DNA of 30,553 bases from a virus (IMGVR_UViG_3300020276_000004:1-30553), one strand, 5' to 3'. Shown: positions 10,638 to 18,500, numbered from the stretch's first letter. Notes: generated by a model from the letters alone, not told the origin. Numbers and translations are program-made.

Positions 10638-10684
10638 TAGAACACCACCCATAATAATGTTGATACAAGAATGTAAGTAATCAT
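10637..10684 (-). CDS. Putative 15-aa hydrophobic minigene MITYILVSTLLWVVF
   Basis: Fills the gap exactly: ATGA overlap with the upstream stop and TAATG overlap with the downstream start. Confidence 0.5.
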   Translation of the reverse strand: MITYILVSTLLWVVF

Positions 10685-10875
10685 ACTCTATACTTCCTCA
10701 TACCAGAATTAGTTCTTTGTTTTGGCTTATCTTTAGCAGCCATAATTTTTGTTTGTATTTGTTTTGGCAAAGTTTTTTGTTTAGCAGTTAGACCACTTTT
10801 CTTTGCTTTATCTTTTTTATGTTGTTCTTTTCCTGCTTTAGTGTAAGGATATTTTTTTCCGTCTAATTTTGGCAT
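10681..10875 (-). CDS. Small Lys-rich phage protein
   Basis: 64 aa, MPKLDGKKYPYTKAGK start; TAATG coupling to the upstream gene. Confidence 0.75.
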   Translation of the reverse strand: MPKLDGKKYPYTKAGKEQHKKDKAKKSGLTAKQKTLPKQIQTKIMAAKDKPKQRTNSGMRKYRV

Positions 10876-11243
10876 TATACTCTGTACCTCCTAGTTTTGT
10901 TTGAGATTGATTTTGGTTGTTTACTAAATTGCTTTCCTGCTCTTGTGTCTGCTTTTTTCTTCCGATTAGTCGCTGCCCTTTCGGATGGCGATAACGCAGC
11001 AATCGCTTTTTTAGGTAAATACCTTGATTCACCTTTTTTACCTGCATACTGCCATTTTTGTTTGCCCCACTTTCGTAATTTATTGTTTGATTTTTTTGGT
11101 CCAGAATATGAACCACCTGCATCTTTATAATACTTTACTGCAAGTTGCATAGCCCTTGCTGAGTGTTTACCACCCATTTTGGCTTTTGCTCTGGCTTTAG
11201 CAGCAGCCCATTTTCTAGGGTCTCGCTTTGTGGCAGTACTCAT
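10875..11243 (-). CDS. Basic phage protein (resembles DUF5872 family)
   Basis: SARAMQLAVKYYKDAGG.Y.G, W.KQKW, RYLPKKA...LS..E.AATNR.K, GKQFSKQPK. Start at MSTATK overlaps the stop of the PqqA-like ORF (ATGA). Confidence 0.75.
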   Translation of the reverse strand: MSTATKRDPRKWAAAKARAKAKMGGKHSARAMQLAVKYYKDAGGSYSGPKKSNNKLRKWGKQKWQYAGKKGESRYLPKKAIAALSPSERAATNRKKKADTRAGKQFSKQPKSISNKTRRYRV

Positions 11244-11317
11244 TGTACTGCACACGCATAAGCATTGATTTCAAGACCAACACTTACCTCTGTTACTTGT
11301 GGTTTATTCCAAGACAT
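11240..11317 (-). CDS. pqqA: PQQ precursor peptide PqqA-like, MSWNKPQVTEVSVGLEINAYACAVQ
   Basis: 25 aa; GGAG RBS 7 nt upstream; W-x-K-P, E-x-x-V-G-x-E-x-x-x-Y with the invariant ExxxY (EINAY) and a YAC tail as in alphaproteobacterial PqqA; ATGA overlap with the next gene. Confidence 0.88.
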   Translation of the reverse strand: MSWNKPQVTEVSVGLEINAYACAVQ

Positions 11318-11331
11318 ATTTTTCTCCAAGT

Positions 11332-11359
11332 AAAAAGAGGAGTCCTTTCGGACTCCCCT
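11332..11359 (-). terminator. Intrinsic terminator after the capsid gene (T-phi equivalent)
   Basis: Minus strand GGGGAGTCC-GAAA-GGACTCCTC-TTTTT, about 12 nt after the capsid stop. Confidence 0.92.
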
Positions 11360-11370
11360 AGTTAGTATTA

Positions 11371-12480
11371 TTAGACACTAGATAGTGCGATAGCAGCAGC
11401 AGGTCTAAGAATGTTGTGACCCATTGCATACTTAGCAACCATCAATGTACCTTGACGATTAATTTGGTACTCGCTTTCTACTCCAAGGTCCATAAGTTTA
11501 ACAGTAGCTACAGCATCTTTAGTCATTACTAGTCCTTTTACTTTAGCAGCTAGGTCAACTAAGTTAACACTATCTACAGTTGTATTAGTAATGTCATATG
11601 CAGTAGTTCTGCCAGAACCTGCAGTATTAGCAAGTGGTCTATTACCTTTAGACTGACCTTTAGATGTACCAGATGTTTCAAGAACATCTGCAACTACTAA
11701 GTGGTTAGACATATAAATAGGCATACCTGCAATTTGTGGAACAACTGCAGATGCTACTGAGCCAGTACCACCAAAGTCACGATTCATATAGACCAGTTTA
11801 TTACCATCAGTTACATCCAATAACGCATAGTATTGGTCTGGTGGTAATACTACAAACGCACCATCAGTTGGAACATTTTTCTTATCGAATTCTTTCTTCG
11901 CATCAAAGATAGACTTTGCTAATTTAGCAGGGTCTGTAACATCTCCAGATGCTGCACCGATAGTCACATTGTCTGTGAAGTCTTCTTCAGAGAATGCTTT
12001 GTAGTCTTGAACAAGAGCAGCAGCCCTTGTTGCGTTAGTTGCTAGAGCAGCTTTTAGTGCTGTTCTAATTATGTTTTTGTCAGCTTCAGTTGCCAAGGCA
12101 ATTCCTGCCTCTTTACTGTATGTTGACCTTACATCGTAATGATTGATTGCCTCGTCAATGTTTGGCACAAATTGAGCCGAGATTAACAAATCGTCAATTG
12201 TTACGATTCTTTCCGATGCTCGTATCTTACCACCAGTAATTTCATTTCCAGGGGTGTGATACTCAGCACTTGTTCTACCTAAGAATGGAAAGGACGCTGA
12301 CTTCCCTTTAGTAATAGTTCGAGTCCTCATAAGAGGCATCATAATGTTTTTTGCTTCAAATGCAGTAAGAACTTCTCCTGCATACAGCTTTAAAAACAAA
12401 TCACGAACATCACCAGTAAGGTTAGTCTGTCCTAATCTACTCACATCATAGGCAGGATTGGATGCACCTTGCATAGCCAT
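11371..12480 (-). CDS. Major capsid protein (gp10-like)
   Basis: LFLKLYAGEVLTAF, RTI.KGKSASFP.LGR, ITIDDLL, YDVRS.YS.E.G.ALA, AKYAMGH..LRP; RBS AAGGAGG. Confidence 0.97.
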   Translation of the reverse strand: MAMQGASNPAYDVSRLGQTNLTGDVRDLFLKLYAGEVLTAFEAKNIMMPLMRTRTITKGKSASFPFLGRTSAEYHTPGNEITGGKIRASERIVTIDDLLISAQFVPNIDEAINHYDVRSTYSKEAGIALATEADKNIIRTALKAALATNATRAAALVQDYKAFSEEDFTDNVTIGAASGDVTDPAKLAKSIFDAKKEFDKKNVPTDGAFVVLPPDQYYALLDVTDGNKLVYMNRDFGGTGSVASAVVPQIAGMPIYMSNHLVVADVLETSGTSKGQSKGNRPLANTAGSGRTTAYDITNTTVDSVNLVDLAAKVKGLVMTKDAVATVKLMDLGVESEYQINRQGTLMVAKYAMGHNILRPAAAIALSSV

Positions 12481-12548
12481 AGTTATCCTCCTTATTAGTT
12501 ATAGCAAGTTGATATTGATTTATTATTACAAAGTTCTGCAAGTTTCGT

Positions 12549-12592
12549 TCTCTAAGATTATCCCTCGCAAGGGGTCAGAGATACTAGTCTCT
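12549..12592 (-). promoter_or_regulatory. Structured capsid mRNA leader (hairpin with internal loop)
   Basis: Minus strand TCTCTGA-C-CCCT-TGCG-AGGG-ATAATC-TTAGAGA; an alternative AGAGA/TCTCT pairing overlaps its 5' arm. Confidence 0.5.
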
Positions 12593-12610
12593 TTTAGTAT
12601 TTGTAACTTG

Positions 12611-12625
12611 TGTCTCATTGAGACA
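12611..12625. repeat. Palindrome TGTCTCAWTGAGACA, copy 1 (intergenic, 1 nt after scaffold stop)
   Basis: tgtctcattgagaca read directly. Confidence 0.95.
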
Positions 12626-12626
12626 G

Positions 12627-13391
12627 TTAGAGTACAGAAGATTTTCGTAACTTTTCAGCTACTTGACTTCTATACGCAGGGTCTTTTTCGTATCTTGGGT
12701 CAGACATCGCTGCAGTAATTTCTGCCAGACTTTGAAAGTTCCCTACTGTTGCATCGCCTACCTCACCTTTTACAAGGGTTGGTTCGACACCTACACCAGA
12801 ACGATAACGAGAATGGAGACCTTGAATTGCAAACACAGCATCTTGAGGGTTGCCAGTATCAACAGTTCTGTTAAATACTTCTTGCTCATCTGCTGTTAAG
12901 TTATTTGCAGCCCAATCCATCATATTTTTGTAGGATTCTTCTCCTCCTACTAAGTTATAGGCTTGTTGCCTAGTTTGGTCTACAAGAGCCATTTGTCCAT
13001 CTATAAATGAGTCTACCACATCTGATGGTATACCTGCATCTTCTAGTTGGTCATACTGCTCATCTGAGAGACCACCTTTTTCCCAAAAATCTTGAGACAT
13101 AGAACTATAGTCAATTCCGTGTGCTTCTAGTTCATCAATAGCTGCATCTTTGGTTTCCAAAGCTGCCTCATTGTCTTCTTCTCGACTTGAGTGAAACTGT
13201 TGCTCCAGTTCAGAATAAGCTTTTGCCATATCTTCTGGAGTGTTAAATTTTTCTGGTAGCCATTCTGGTCTATCTTGGACTTCTTCTGTAGCAGGTGGCT
13301 GTATTGCAGCTTCTGCTTTTTCTACCATTTCTTTTTGATAATTAGGGTCTTCTTGAGTTTCCCCTTGATATGTATTTAATTGTTCAGCCAT
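12627..13391 (-). CDS. Capsid scaffolding protein (gp9-like)
   Basis: Acidic; RPEWLPEKF...EDMAKAYSELE, VGGEE.Y..M..WA..NL, AMSDPRYEKDPAYR..V..KL. Confidence 0.95.
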   Translation of the reverse strand: MAEQLNTYQGETQEDPNYQKEMVEKAEAAIQPPATEEVQDRPEWLPEKFNTPEDMAKAYSELEQQFHSSREEDNEAALETKDAAIDELEAHGIDYSSMSQDFWEKGGLSDEQYDQLEDAGIPSDVVDSFIDGQMALVDQTRQQAYNLVGGEESYKNMMDWAANNLTADEQEVFNRTVDTGNPQDAVFAIQGLHSRYRSGVGVEPTLVKGEVGDATVGNFQSLAEITAAMSDPRYEKDPAYRSQVAEKLRKSSVL

Positions 13392-13396
13392 AATGT

Positions 13397-14989
13397 TTAT
13401 TCAACTCCTTGGTCAGTTTGTTGCTGTACTTGTTCCATTGCTTTCTCGGTTATTGGTAATGCACCTTTTTGTGCCATACCAGAAATAGTGTCTTCTAGTT
13501 TATTCATAGATTGTTGTTGCATCATTTGTTCTTGTTCTGCTTGTTTTTGCTCTGGTGTTTTTATTAAACCTCCAGTATCAATTCCTAACGATGCTCCTAG
13601 TCTATCTATATAATCATCAACATTAAGACTAGATGCGATAGTTTCTGGTCCTAATGGTTGTAGATATTGTAAAAATTGTGCTAATTTATTTAAATCTTGT
13701 CCTCTTCCTAAAGCCTCAAGCCCAGTTACAATCTGTGGTTTGACTGTATCTTTTGGCATTTTAGGCATCTTTTTCTTTTTCTCTAGCCTATCTAATAGTA
13801 ACTCAACTAGTGGATACTGAAACTCTTGACTAAGAATAGAATAAGTACCACCAAGTGCACTTTCTAATTCTTGTGCCATAAATCTTATTTCTTCTGCAGT
13901 CACTCGTTCAGCTTGTCTTTGTACAGAAGAATTAAGTAAGAAAGCAAAAGATAATCGTTCAGTAATTCTTAATCCAGTTTCTTGTGCTACTCTAAAATCA
14001 TTAAATTTGTTTACCTGCAAAGTTGTTACATCATTTGCATCACCTTGTACAATTGCTCCATTAGGTGCTTTTGCTAGTGTATTTTGTTTTGTTGTTCCGT
14101 TAGGTCTAACTAAGAATAATACTTTAGAAGAAGCAGCACTACCCTCTACAATGGCTCTAGTTAAAGCTTCAAGACTTCTTAAATCTCCTATATATTCTTC
14201 TACAAACCCACGACCATAATCTTCTCCATCAATTCTAGTAAATCGTAATGGTATAAATGGATTTTTATTTAAAGGATAAAAACCCTCTGAGTCTGGTACA
14301 ATCATACCTTTTACTTCTTGATGTATGTGAAACTTATCTTCTTTACGACAGACATAAGTATACAAATCAAGATTTTTGTTATTATAATCTGCTTCTCTTT
14401 CTTGAGTAATATTATCTGCTTGAGTAAGCATTAATCGTGCTTTTTCTGGTAACATAATTGGAGATACAGACTCTTTAGTTATAATCTCCATTACATTTCC
14501 CATAGTATCTCTTTTTACAACATATCTATCTAACCTAAATACTTTCATTGCTCCCTCAGTTTTTGGGAAAAACAATAAAGCATTACCTGCTACAATCAAT
14601 TGTTTTAATGCTTCATACACTGGAACACGAATTGCAGTTGATTCTATTTCCTGCATTGATGTTCTTTCTATTCTAGACAGAGCCTCTTCAATTGCTCCTC
14701 TTGCTTCTTTACCTGCTATTTTTTCTATATCAAAATCATCAATAATTAATCTAAAGAAAGGTGAGTTAGGTGGTAAAAGAGTAAGTAATAATTTACTAGC
14801 GAGGTTGTTTACTCCTCTTGCACCAACAGCTTGGTAAGGTGTTTTATAATTAGTATAACCAGTATGACCCTCTGGTGGCATAAGAGTTGGTACAGTCAAC
14901 TCTGCTGCATCTCTTGCTCTTTGCAGAAAAGAGTCTCTGGCAGCAGCAAGGTTTGCATATCTACTAGCTATAGATTTAATTTTCTCCAT
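13397..14989 (-). CDS. Portal / head-tail connector (gp8-like)
   Basis: PYQAVGARGVNNLASKL...LLPPNSPFFRL, GEDYGRG.VEEY.GDL.SL, RVTAEEIR, TGLEALGRGQD. Confidence 0.97.
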   Translation of the reverse strand: MEKIKSIASRYANLAAARDSFLQRARDAAELTVPTLMPPEGHTGYTNYKTPYQAVGARGVNNLASKLLLTLLPPNSPFFRLIIDDFDIEKIAGKEARGAIEEALSRIERTSMQEIESTAIRVPVYEALKQLIVAGNALLFFPKTEGAMKVFRLDRYVVKRDTMGNVMEIITKESVSPIMLPEKARLMLTQADNITQEREADYNNKNLDLYTYVCRKEDKFHIHQEVKGMIVPDSEGFYPLNKNPFIPLRFTRIDGEDYGRGFVEEYIGDLRSLEALTRAIVEGSAASSKVLFLVRPNGTTKQNTLAKAPNGAIVQGDANDVTTLQVNKFNDFRVAQETGLRITERLSFAFLLNSSVQRQAERVTAEEIRFMAQELESALGGTYSILSQEFQYPLVELLLDRLEKKKKMPKMPKDTVKPQIVTGLEALGRGQDLNKLAQFLQYLQPLGPETIASSLNVDDYIDRLGASLGIDTGGLIKTPEQKQAEQEQMMQQQSMNKLEDTISGMAQKGALPITEKAMEQVQQQTDQGVE

Positions 14990-14990
14990 A

Positions 14991-15104
14991 TTAAGATACC
15001 AATAATAGAAGTAAAAGAATAGCTATAATACCTAAATACATAGGCTGACGGCAACTCATACATTGCATCTTATTTTTTATTTTATTCCAATATTCTTCAA
15101 TCAT
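14991..15104 (-). CDS. 37-aa membrane peptide MIEEYWNKIKNKMQCMSCRQPMYLGIIAILLLLLLVS
   Basis: Not in the ORF track; fills the gap before the portal; GAGAGGG upstream; CxxC followed by a C-terminal hydrophobic helix. Confidence 0.65.
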   Translation of the reverse strand: MIEEYWNKIKNKMQCMSCRQPMYLGIIAILLLLLLVS

Positions 15105-15106
15105 AT

Positions 15107-15517
15107 TTACCCTCTCGGAATGTTAAGCCCACCCATAGTCAAAGAAACATTTTTAGATTTTGTAGAACCACCACTTGATTGTATACCTAGTCCTACTACT
15201 TTTCTAGGTTTAATCAAACGATTATCTGTTTTTTTCTTTTGTTGTGGATTAGCAGTTGTTATATTTATCCCAGTTTTTTTCTTTTTCTTAGTATCTTTAA
15301 ATTCATTAGGAACAACAGCACTAACGGCTCTAGTATTGTTCTTATTAATAATATTACCAGAAAAAGCCATATAAGGTATACCCATATCTTCTACATACTT
15401 TTTTTGTATTGTTGATGCAGATTTCATATCTTTTGCTCCTTGACTTAGGGCAAAAGCCATACCTTTTAAATTTGAAACTGGTATTGCTTGTGCAATATTT
15501 TTATATTTTTTAGCCAT
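15107..15517 (-). CDS. Basic virion-associated protein, gp7.3-like C-terminus
   Basis: Lys-rich; ends GGLNIPRG (T7 gp7.3 ends GGGINI); pre-portal position. Confidence 0.6.
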   Translation of the reverse strand: MAKKYKNIAQAIPVSNLKGMAFALSQGAKDMKSASTIQKKYVEDMGIPYMAFSGNIINKNNTRAVSAVVPNEFKDTKKKKKTGINITTANPQQKKKTDNRLIKPRKVVGLGIQSSGGSTKSKNVSLTMGGLNIPRG

Positions 15518-15522
15518 ATTGG

Positions 15523-15828
15523 TTAACTAGACTCTGGTATATTGATACCAGTTTTTCCAGTCCCTCCAACATTTGCTACATTGACATCAAGACCAACTCT
15601 GAATCTTCGTTTTCCCATTCTGTCTTTTCGTCTTTGTGCTGATGGACTTGGTACTGCATCATCGTCAGCATCTACTGCTTTTGCAGAACCTCTTCCCTCA
15701 ATAGCAGCTACTGGTGTAGAAGCTTGTCTTTTTGGTTTTGGGGCAGGTGCTCCACCACCTCCACCTCCTCCTCCACCACCACAATAGCATATAGTTTTGG
15801 AGAGGATTTTGTCTTCATAATCAAACAT
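15523..15828 (-). CDS. gp6.7/gp7.3-like small virion protein with poly-Gly tract
   Basis: CYC then 10 Gly; GKRRFRV; ends GINIPESS; RBS GAGGG. Confidence 0.65.
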   Translation of the reverse strand: MFDYEDKILSKTICYCGGGGGGGGGGAPAPKPKRQASTPVAAIEGRGSAKAVDADDDAVPSPSAQRRKDRMGKRRFRVGLDVNVANVGGTGKTGINIPESS

Positions 15829-15842
15829 TTATCCCTCGCTTG

Positions 15843-16091
15843 TTAAGTTGTTGTTTTAGTTTGTTTTTTTGGTATAGATAGACCAGTTCCCTCAGATAAA
15901 TTAGTTCCCAATGTATTTTGTTTTCTATCTACTCGGAACTGTTTTTTACCATCCCTTTTCTTTTTCATTGCTGCTGAATCAGTATCAATAGCTTCAAAAT
16001 CAACTTCCTTTGCAGTTACTTGTGGTACTGCTGCAGGAGGTGCAGGGGGTGGTGGGGGAGCAGGCATCTTTGGACTTTTCATAAAGCACAT
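15843..16091 (-). CDS. gp6.7-like small virion protein
   Basis: MCFMKSPKMP start (T7 gp6.7 starts MCFSPK), poly-Pro, GKKQFRV, GLSIP. Confidence 0.7.
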   Translation of the reverse strand: MCFMKSPKMPAPPPPPAPPAAVPQVTAKEVDFEAIDTDSAAMKKKRDGKKQFRVDRKQNTLGTNLSEGTGLSIPKKQTKTTT

Positions 16092-16097
16092 AGTAGT

Positions 16098-16280
16098 TTA
16101 CTCCTCATCATCTATGTTAGTTAGTTGTCTTACCTTTTCAATTACTGACTGCTGACCTTGTAAAAATCTTAGCTTTTCAACAGAAATATTCTCGTCTTTA
16201 GGTAGCTTATCTGGAAACTGCCTTTCTAAGTAATTCAACACATCGTTTGATATTAAAGGTTTATCCGTCAGTAATTTCAT
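16098..16280 (-). CDS. Conserved small protein at the start of the late block (gp6.5 positional equivalent)
   Basis: P.IS...L.YL...FPDKLP...GQQSVI; start reassigned to MKLL because the longer ORF runs through a terminator. Confidence 0.75.
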   Translation of the reverse strand: MKLLTDKPLISNDVLNYLERQFPDKLPKDENISVEKLRFLQGQQSVIEKVRQLTNIDDEE

Positions 16281-16285
16281 AGGTA

Positions 16286-16301
16286 TTTCCAATACTGTCC
16301 A
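16286..16301 (-). promoter_or_regulatory. Candidate phage RNAP late promoter TGGACAGTATTGGAAA
   Basis: Intergenic, right after the terminator and before the first late gene; resembles the GACACTATAG core of SP6-type promoters; repeated elsewhere in the window. Confidence 0.55.
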
Positions 16302-16339
16302 AAAAACAGAGAGGATTACTATTACATAACCCCCTCTGC
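16301..16339 (-). terminator. Intrinsic terminator after RNR
   Basis: Minus strand CAGAGGGGGTTA-8 nt-TAATCCTCTCTG-TTTTTT (12-bp stem with two G-U pairs). Confidence 0.85.
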
Positions 16340-16367
16340 CCACTATTTTGACAAGAAAGAAATATAA

Positions 16368-18248
16368 CTATAATTCACACGAATCACCAGTACAAGCTAA
16401 CTCTTGAGAACTAGTAGTCATATCCTTGACTTCCCTATACTTTGAGAAATCAATTATAGGCATATTATCAGATAACTTTTTAAATTGCAAGTTATTTATT
16501 TTTTCATATGGTGCTTGTACATATGAGTGAGAATCATCTTCTTTTGGTAAAAATGAAACACCACATATATCATCAAAATGCTCATATACATATGAACCTA
16601 CTTTCATCCATTCTTCTTCTCCTACATATACAGTAATTGATGGATTATGCTCGCACCAATTTTCTCTATAAGCTTTCCAAAGTTTAAGTTGGTCAATAGC
16701 ATTTAACTGCTCTTTCTTTTTACTATGTGTTGGACTTTGTATTGGAAAAGAGAATACATAGTTATGAGGGTTGTAAGAATCTTTTTCATACGGCACTCCC
16801 TCTTTTATCATCCACTCTGCAAGAGGGTCTTTAGTATCTGTTCTTACTCTTCTAATATAATAATCAGAATATCTTGGATGTATACCAGATGCACAATCAG
16901 CTAATTGAGATACTGTACCACTAGGTTTAACACAAGTTGTAGCAGTACTCTGATTCACTCCTAATATTTTTGCCCACTTTTTATTTGTGTCTATAACTAC
17001 TTGTTTTAATTGAGTTAATACATCTGTGTTAGTAACTTTATCGACATCAGCTAATAACTCATTATCTAAAATACCAGTCATAGAAACACCTAACAATCTT
17101 TCTTCTTCCATATTCTTTTTCCATATAGGTCTAAGATATCTTATGTCAGTAAGAGTAGATTGTATTGTACCAAGAAAAGATGCAACCTCTGCTTTTACTT
17201 TTAGAGTTTCTAAATCATCTTTTGGTTTAATAATTATTTCAGAAAGATTACAACATTGAGATGGTCGTAAAATTATTTCACCACAAGGGTTAGTTCCAAA
17301 ATAGTAATCGTGGTTTCTCCTGCCAGTTTTTTTTGATTGTTCTTTAGCTGCTTGTCTGTTAAACACTCCTCGTTCTCCAGATTTAGAACTATATAGAGCA
17401 GACCATTCTTTTATAAATCCACCCATTTCTGGTTTTCTGTTGTAAGCAATACTATTATTAGCATATGACCTATTAACATTCTCAGTCCACCAGTCTCCCA
17501 TTTTACAGTTACGCATCCTATCATCTACCATATCTGACAAACTAATCATTGCTGACCTACGGACACCACCTACTACAACTGCAGCAGCTACTGCACACAT
17601 AACATCGTGTGCTTCTATACTTGTTAGCTTTCTTCCTGCAGCCTTTTTAAATACATTGACTGTAAACCTAAATAAATTTTCTAGAGGCTGTGGACCACTT
17701 GCTCTACCACCAAATGTTTTAAGTCTTGCACCTGCAGGTCTTATCTTTGACAAATCCCATTTTGGAATCTCTCCTGCATACAATCTAGAAATTAGTTTTC
17801 GCAAACCTTTTGCCCAACCTAATTTACTATCTTCTACTACAAAGACTTCTTCTGTCTCATTGAGACACTCTGGTATATCTGGTAATTTTTCTACGCATTT
17901 TCTTTCAACAGAAAAACCAACACCAGTACCACACATAAGAACATACAGACATTCATCAAATGCTTTTGGGTCATCAACAGTCATATAAGAACAGTTATAA
18001 CCTGCAATATTATCTCTATCTAACGCAGGACCTGCTGACATAATGGCTCTCATTGATGGCACTACTTCAAGGTCTTTCATAAAGACAGAGTATTGTCTTA
18101 GTTGTTTTTCTGCCTTGGGTAACTTCTTAGCAAAGTAATCAACATATCTGTCAACACTTTCTTCCCAAGTTTCTCGCCTTTGTTCTTCTTCAATAAATCT
18201 AGCATAGCGAGATATTGCTATAAATTTCTGGTAAACATTCATCATCAT
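16368..18248 (-). CDS. nrdJ: Class II (adenosylcobalamin-dependent) ribonucleotide reductase, monomeric type
   Basis: PSMRA, YNCSY, LMCGTGVGFSVE, GGVRRSAMISL, TNPCGEI, TCVKPSGTVSQL, C-terminal ACTGDSCEL cysteine pair; no beta-subunit gene nearby. Confidence 0.9.
   Translation of the reverse strand: MMMNVYQKFIAISRYARFIEEEQRRETWEESVDRYVDYFAKKLPKAEKQLRQYSVFMKDLEVVPSMRAIMSAGPALDRDNIAGYNCSYMTVDDPKAFDECLYVLMCGTGVGFSVERKCVEKLPDIPECLNETEEVFVVEDSKLGWAKGLRKLISRLYAGEIPKWDLSKIRPAGARLKTFGGRASGPQPLENLFRFTVNVFKKAAGRKLTSIEAHDVMCAVAAAVVVGGVRRSAMISLSDMVDDRMRNCKMGDWWTENVNRSYANNSIAYNRKPEMGGFIKEWSALYSSKSGERGVFNRQAAKEQSKKTGRRNHDYYFGTNPCGEIILRPSQCCNLSEIIIKPKDDLETLKVKAEVASFLGTIQSTLTDIRYLRPIWKKNMEEERLLGVSMTGILDNELLADVDKVTNTDVLTQLKQVVIDTNKKWAKILGVNQSTATTCVKPSGTVSQLADCASGIHPRYSDYYIRRVRTDTKDPLAEWMIKEGVPYEKDSYNPHNYVFSFPIQSPTHSKKKEQLNAIDQLKLWKAYRENWCEHNPSITVYVGEEEWMKVGSYVYEHFDDICGVSFLPKEDDSHSYVQAPYEKINNLQFKKLSDNMPIIDFSKYREVKDMTTSSQELACTGDSCEL
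17853..17867. repeat. Palindrome copy 2 (inside RNR, encodes CLNET)
   Basis: tgtctcattgagaca read directly. Confidence 0.95.
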
Positions 18249-18499
18249 TTGCCCTCCTCTTTAAGTGTTATTAAACGATTTAGATACCAATTTGCTTTTT
18301 TCAAATCTTCTACTGGACTTTTGTTTTTGTGGTTACATCTCCACAAATACTTTATGATGTTACCTCTAAGGTAATGTTCAAAGCCCTCTCCAGTCATTTC
18401 TTTGATTGCATCAATACACTCCAACTTAGAATGTGTATAATGCGATGGACTATTTATTTTGTCATCTTCTCTCATAGCTTCAACTATATTATAATACAT
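18245..18499 (-). CDS. DUF3310 / T7 gp1.7-like protein (putative nucleotide kinase)
   Basis: D.INSPSHY...ECIDAI, GNIIKYLWR...K...EDLKKA.WYL. Confidence 0.88.
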   Translation of the reverse strand: MYYNIVEAMREDDKINSPSHYTHSKLECIDAIKEMTGEGFEHYLRGNIIKYLWRCNHKNKSPVEDLKKANWYLNRLITLKEEGK

Positions 18500-18500
18500 A

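Noticed and set aside
11360-11400. T7 gp10B-type -1 frameshift extension of the capsid
   Set aside because: No slippery heptamer seen near the stop; tandem stops and the terminator follow at once.
15751-15780. GGW trinucleotide run as a contingency repeat
   Set aside because: Mixed GGT/GGA codons simply encode poly-Gly; the plus-strand poly-Pro ORF is its mirror.
16281-16343. N-terminal extension MGRGGYVIVILSVFW of the 16098 ORF
   Set aside because: It is a translation of the terminator hairpin; the likely start is 16280.
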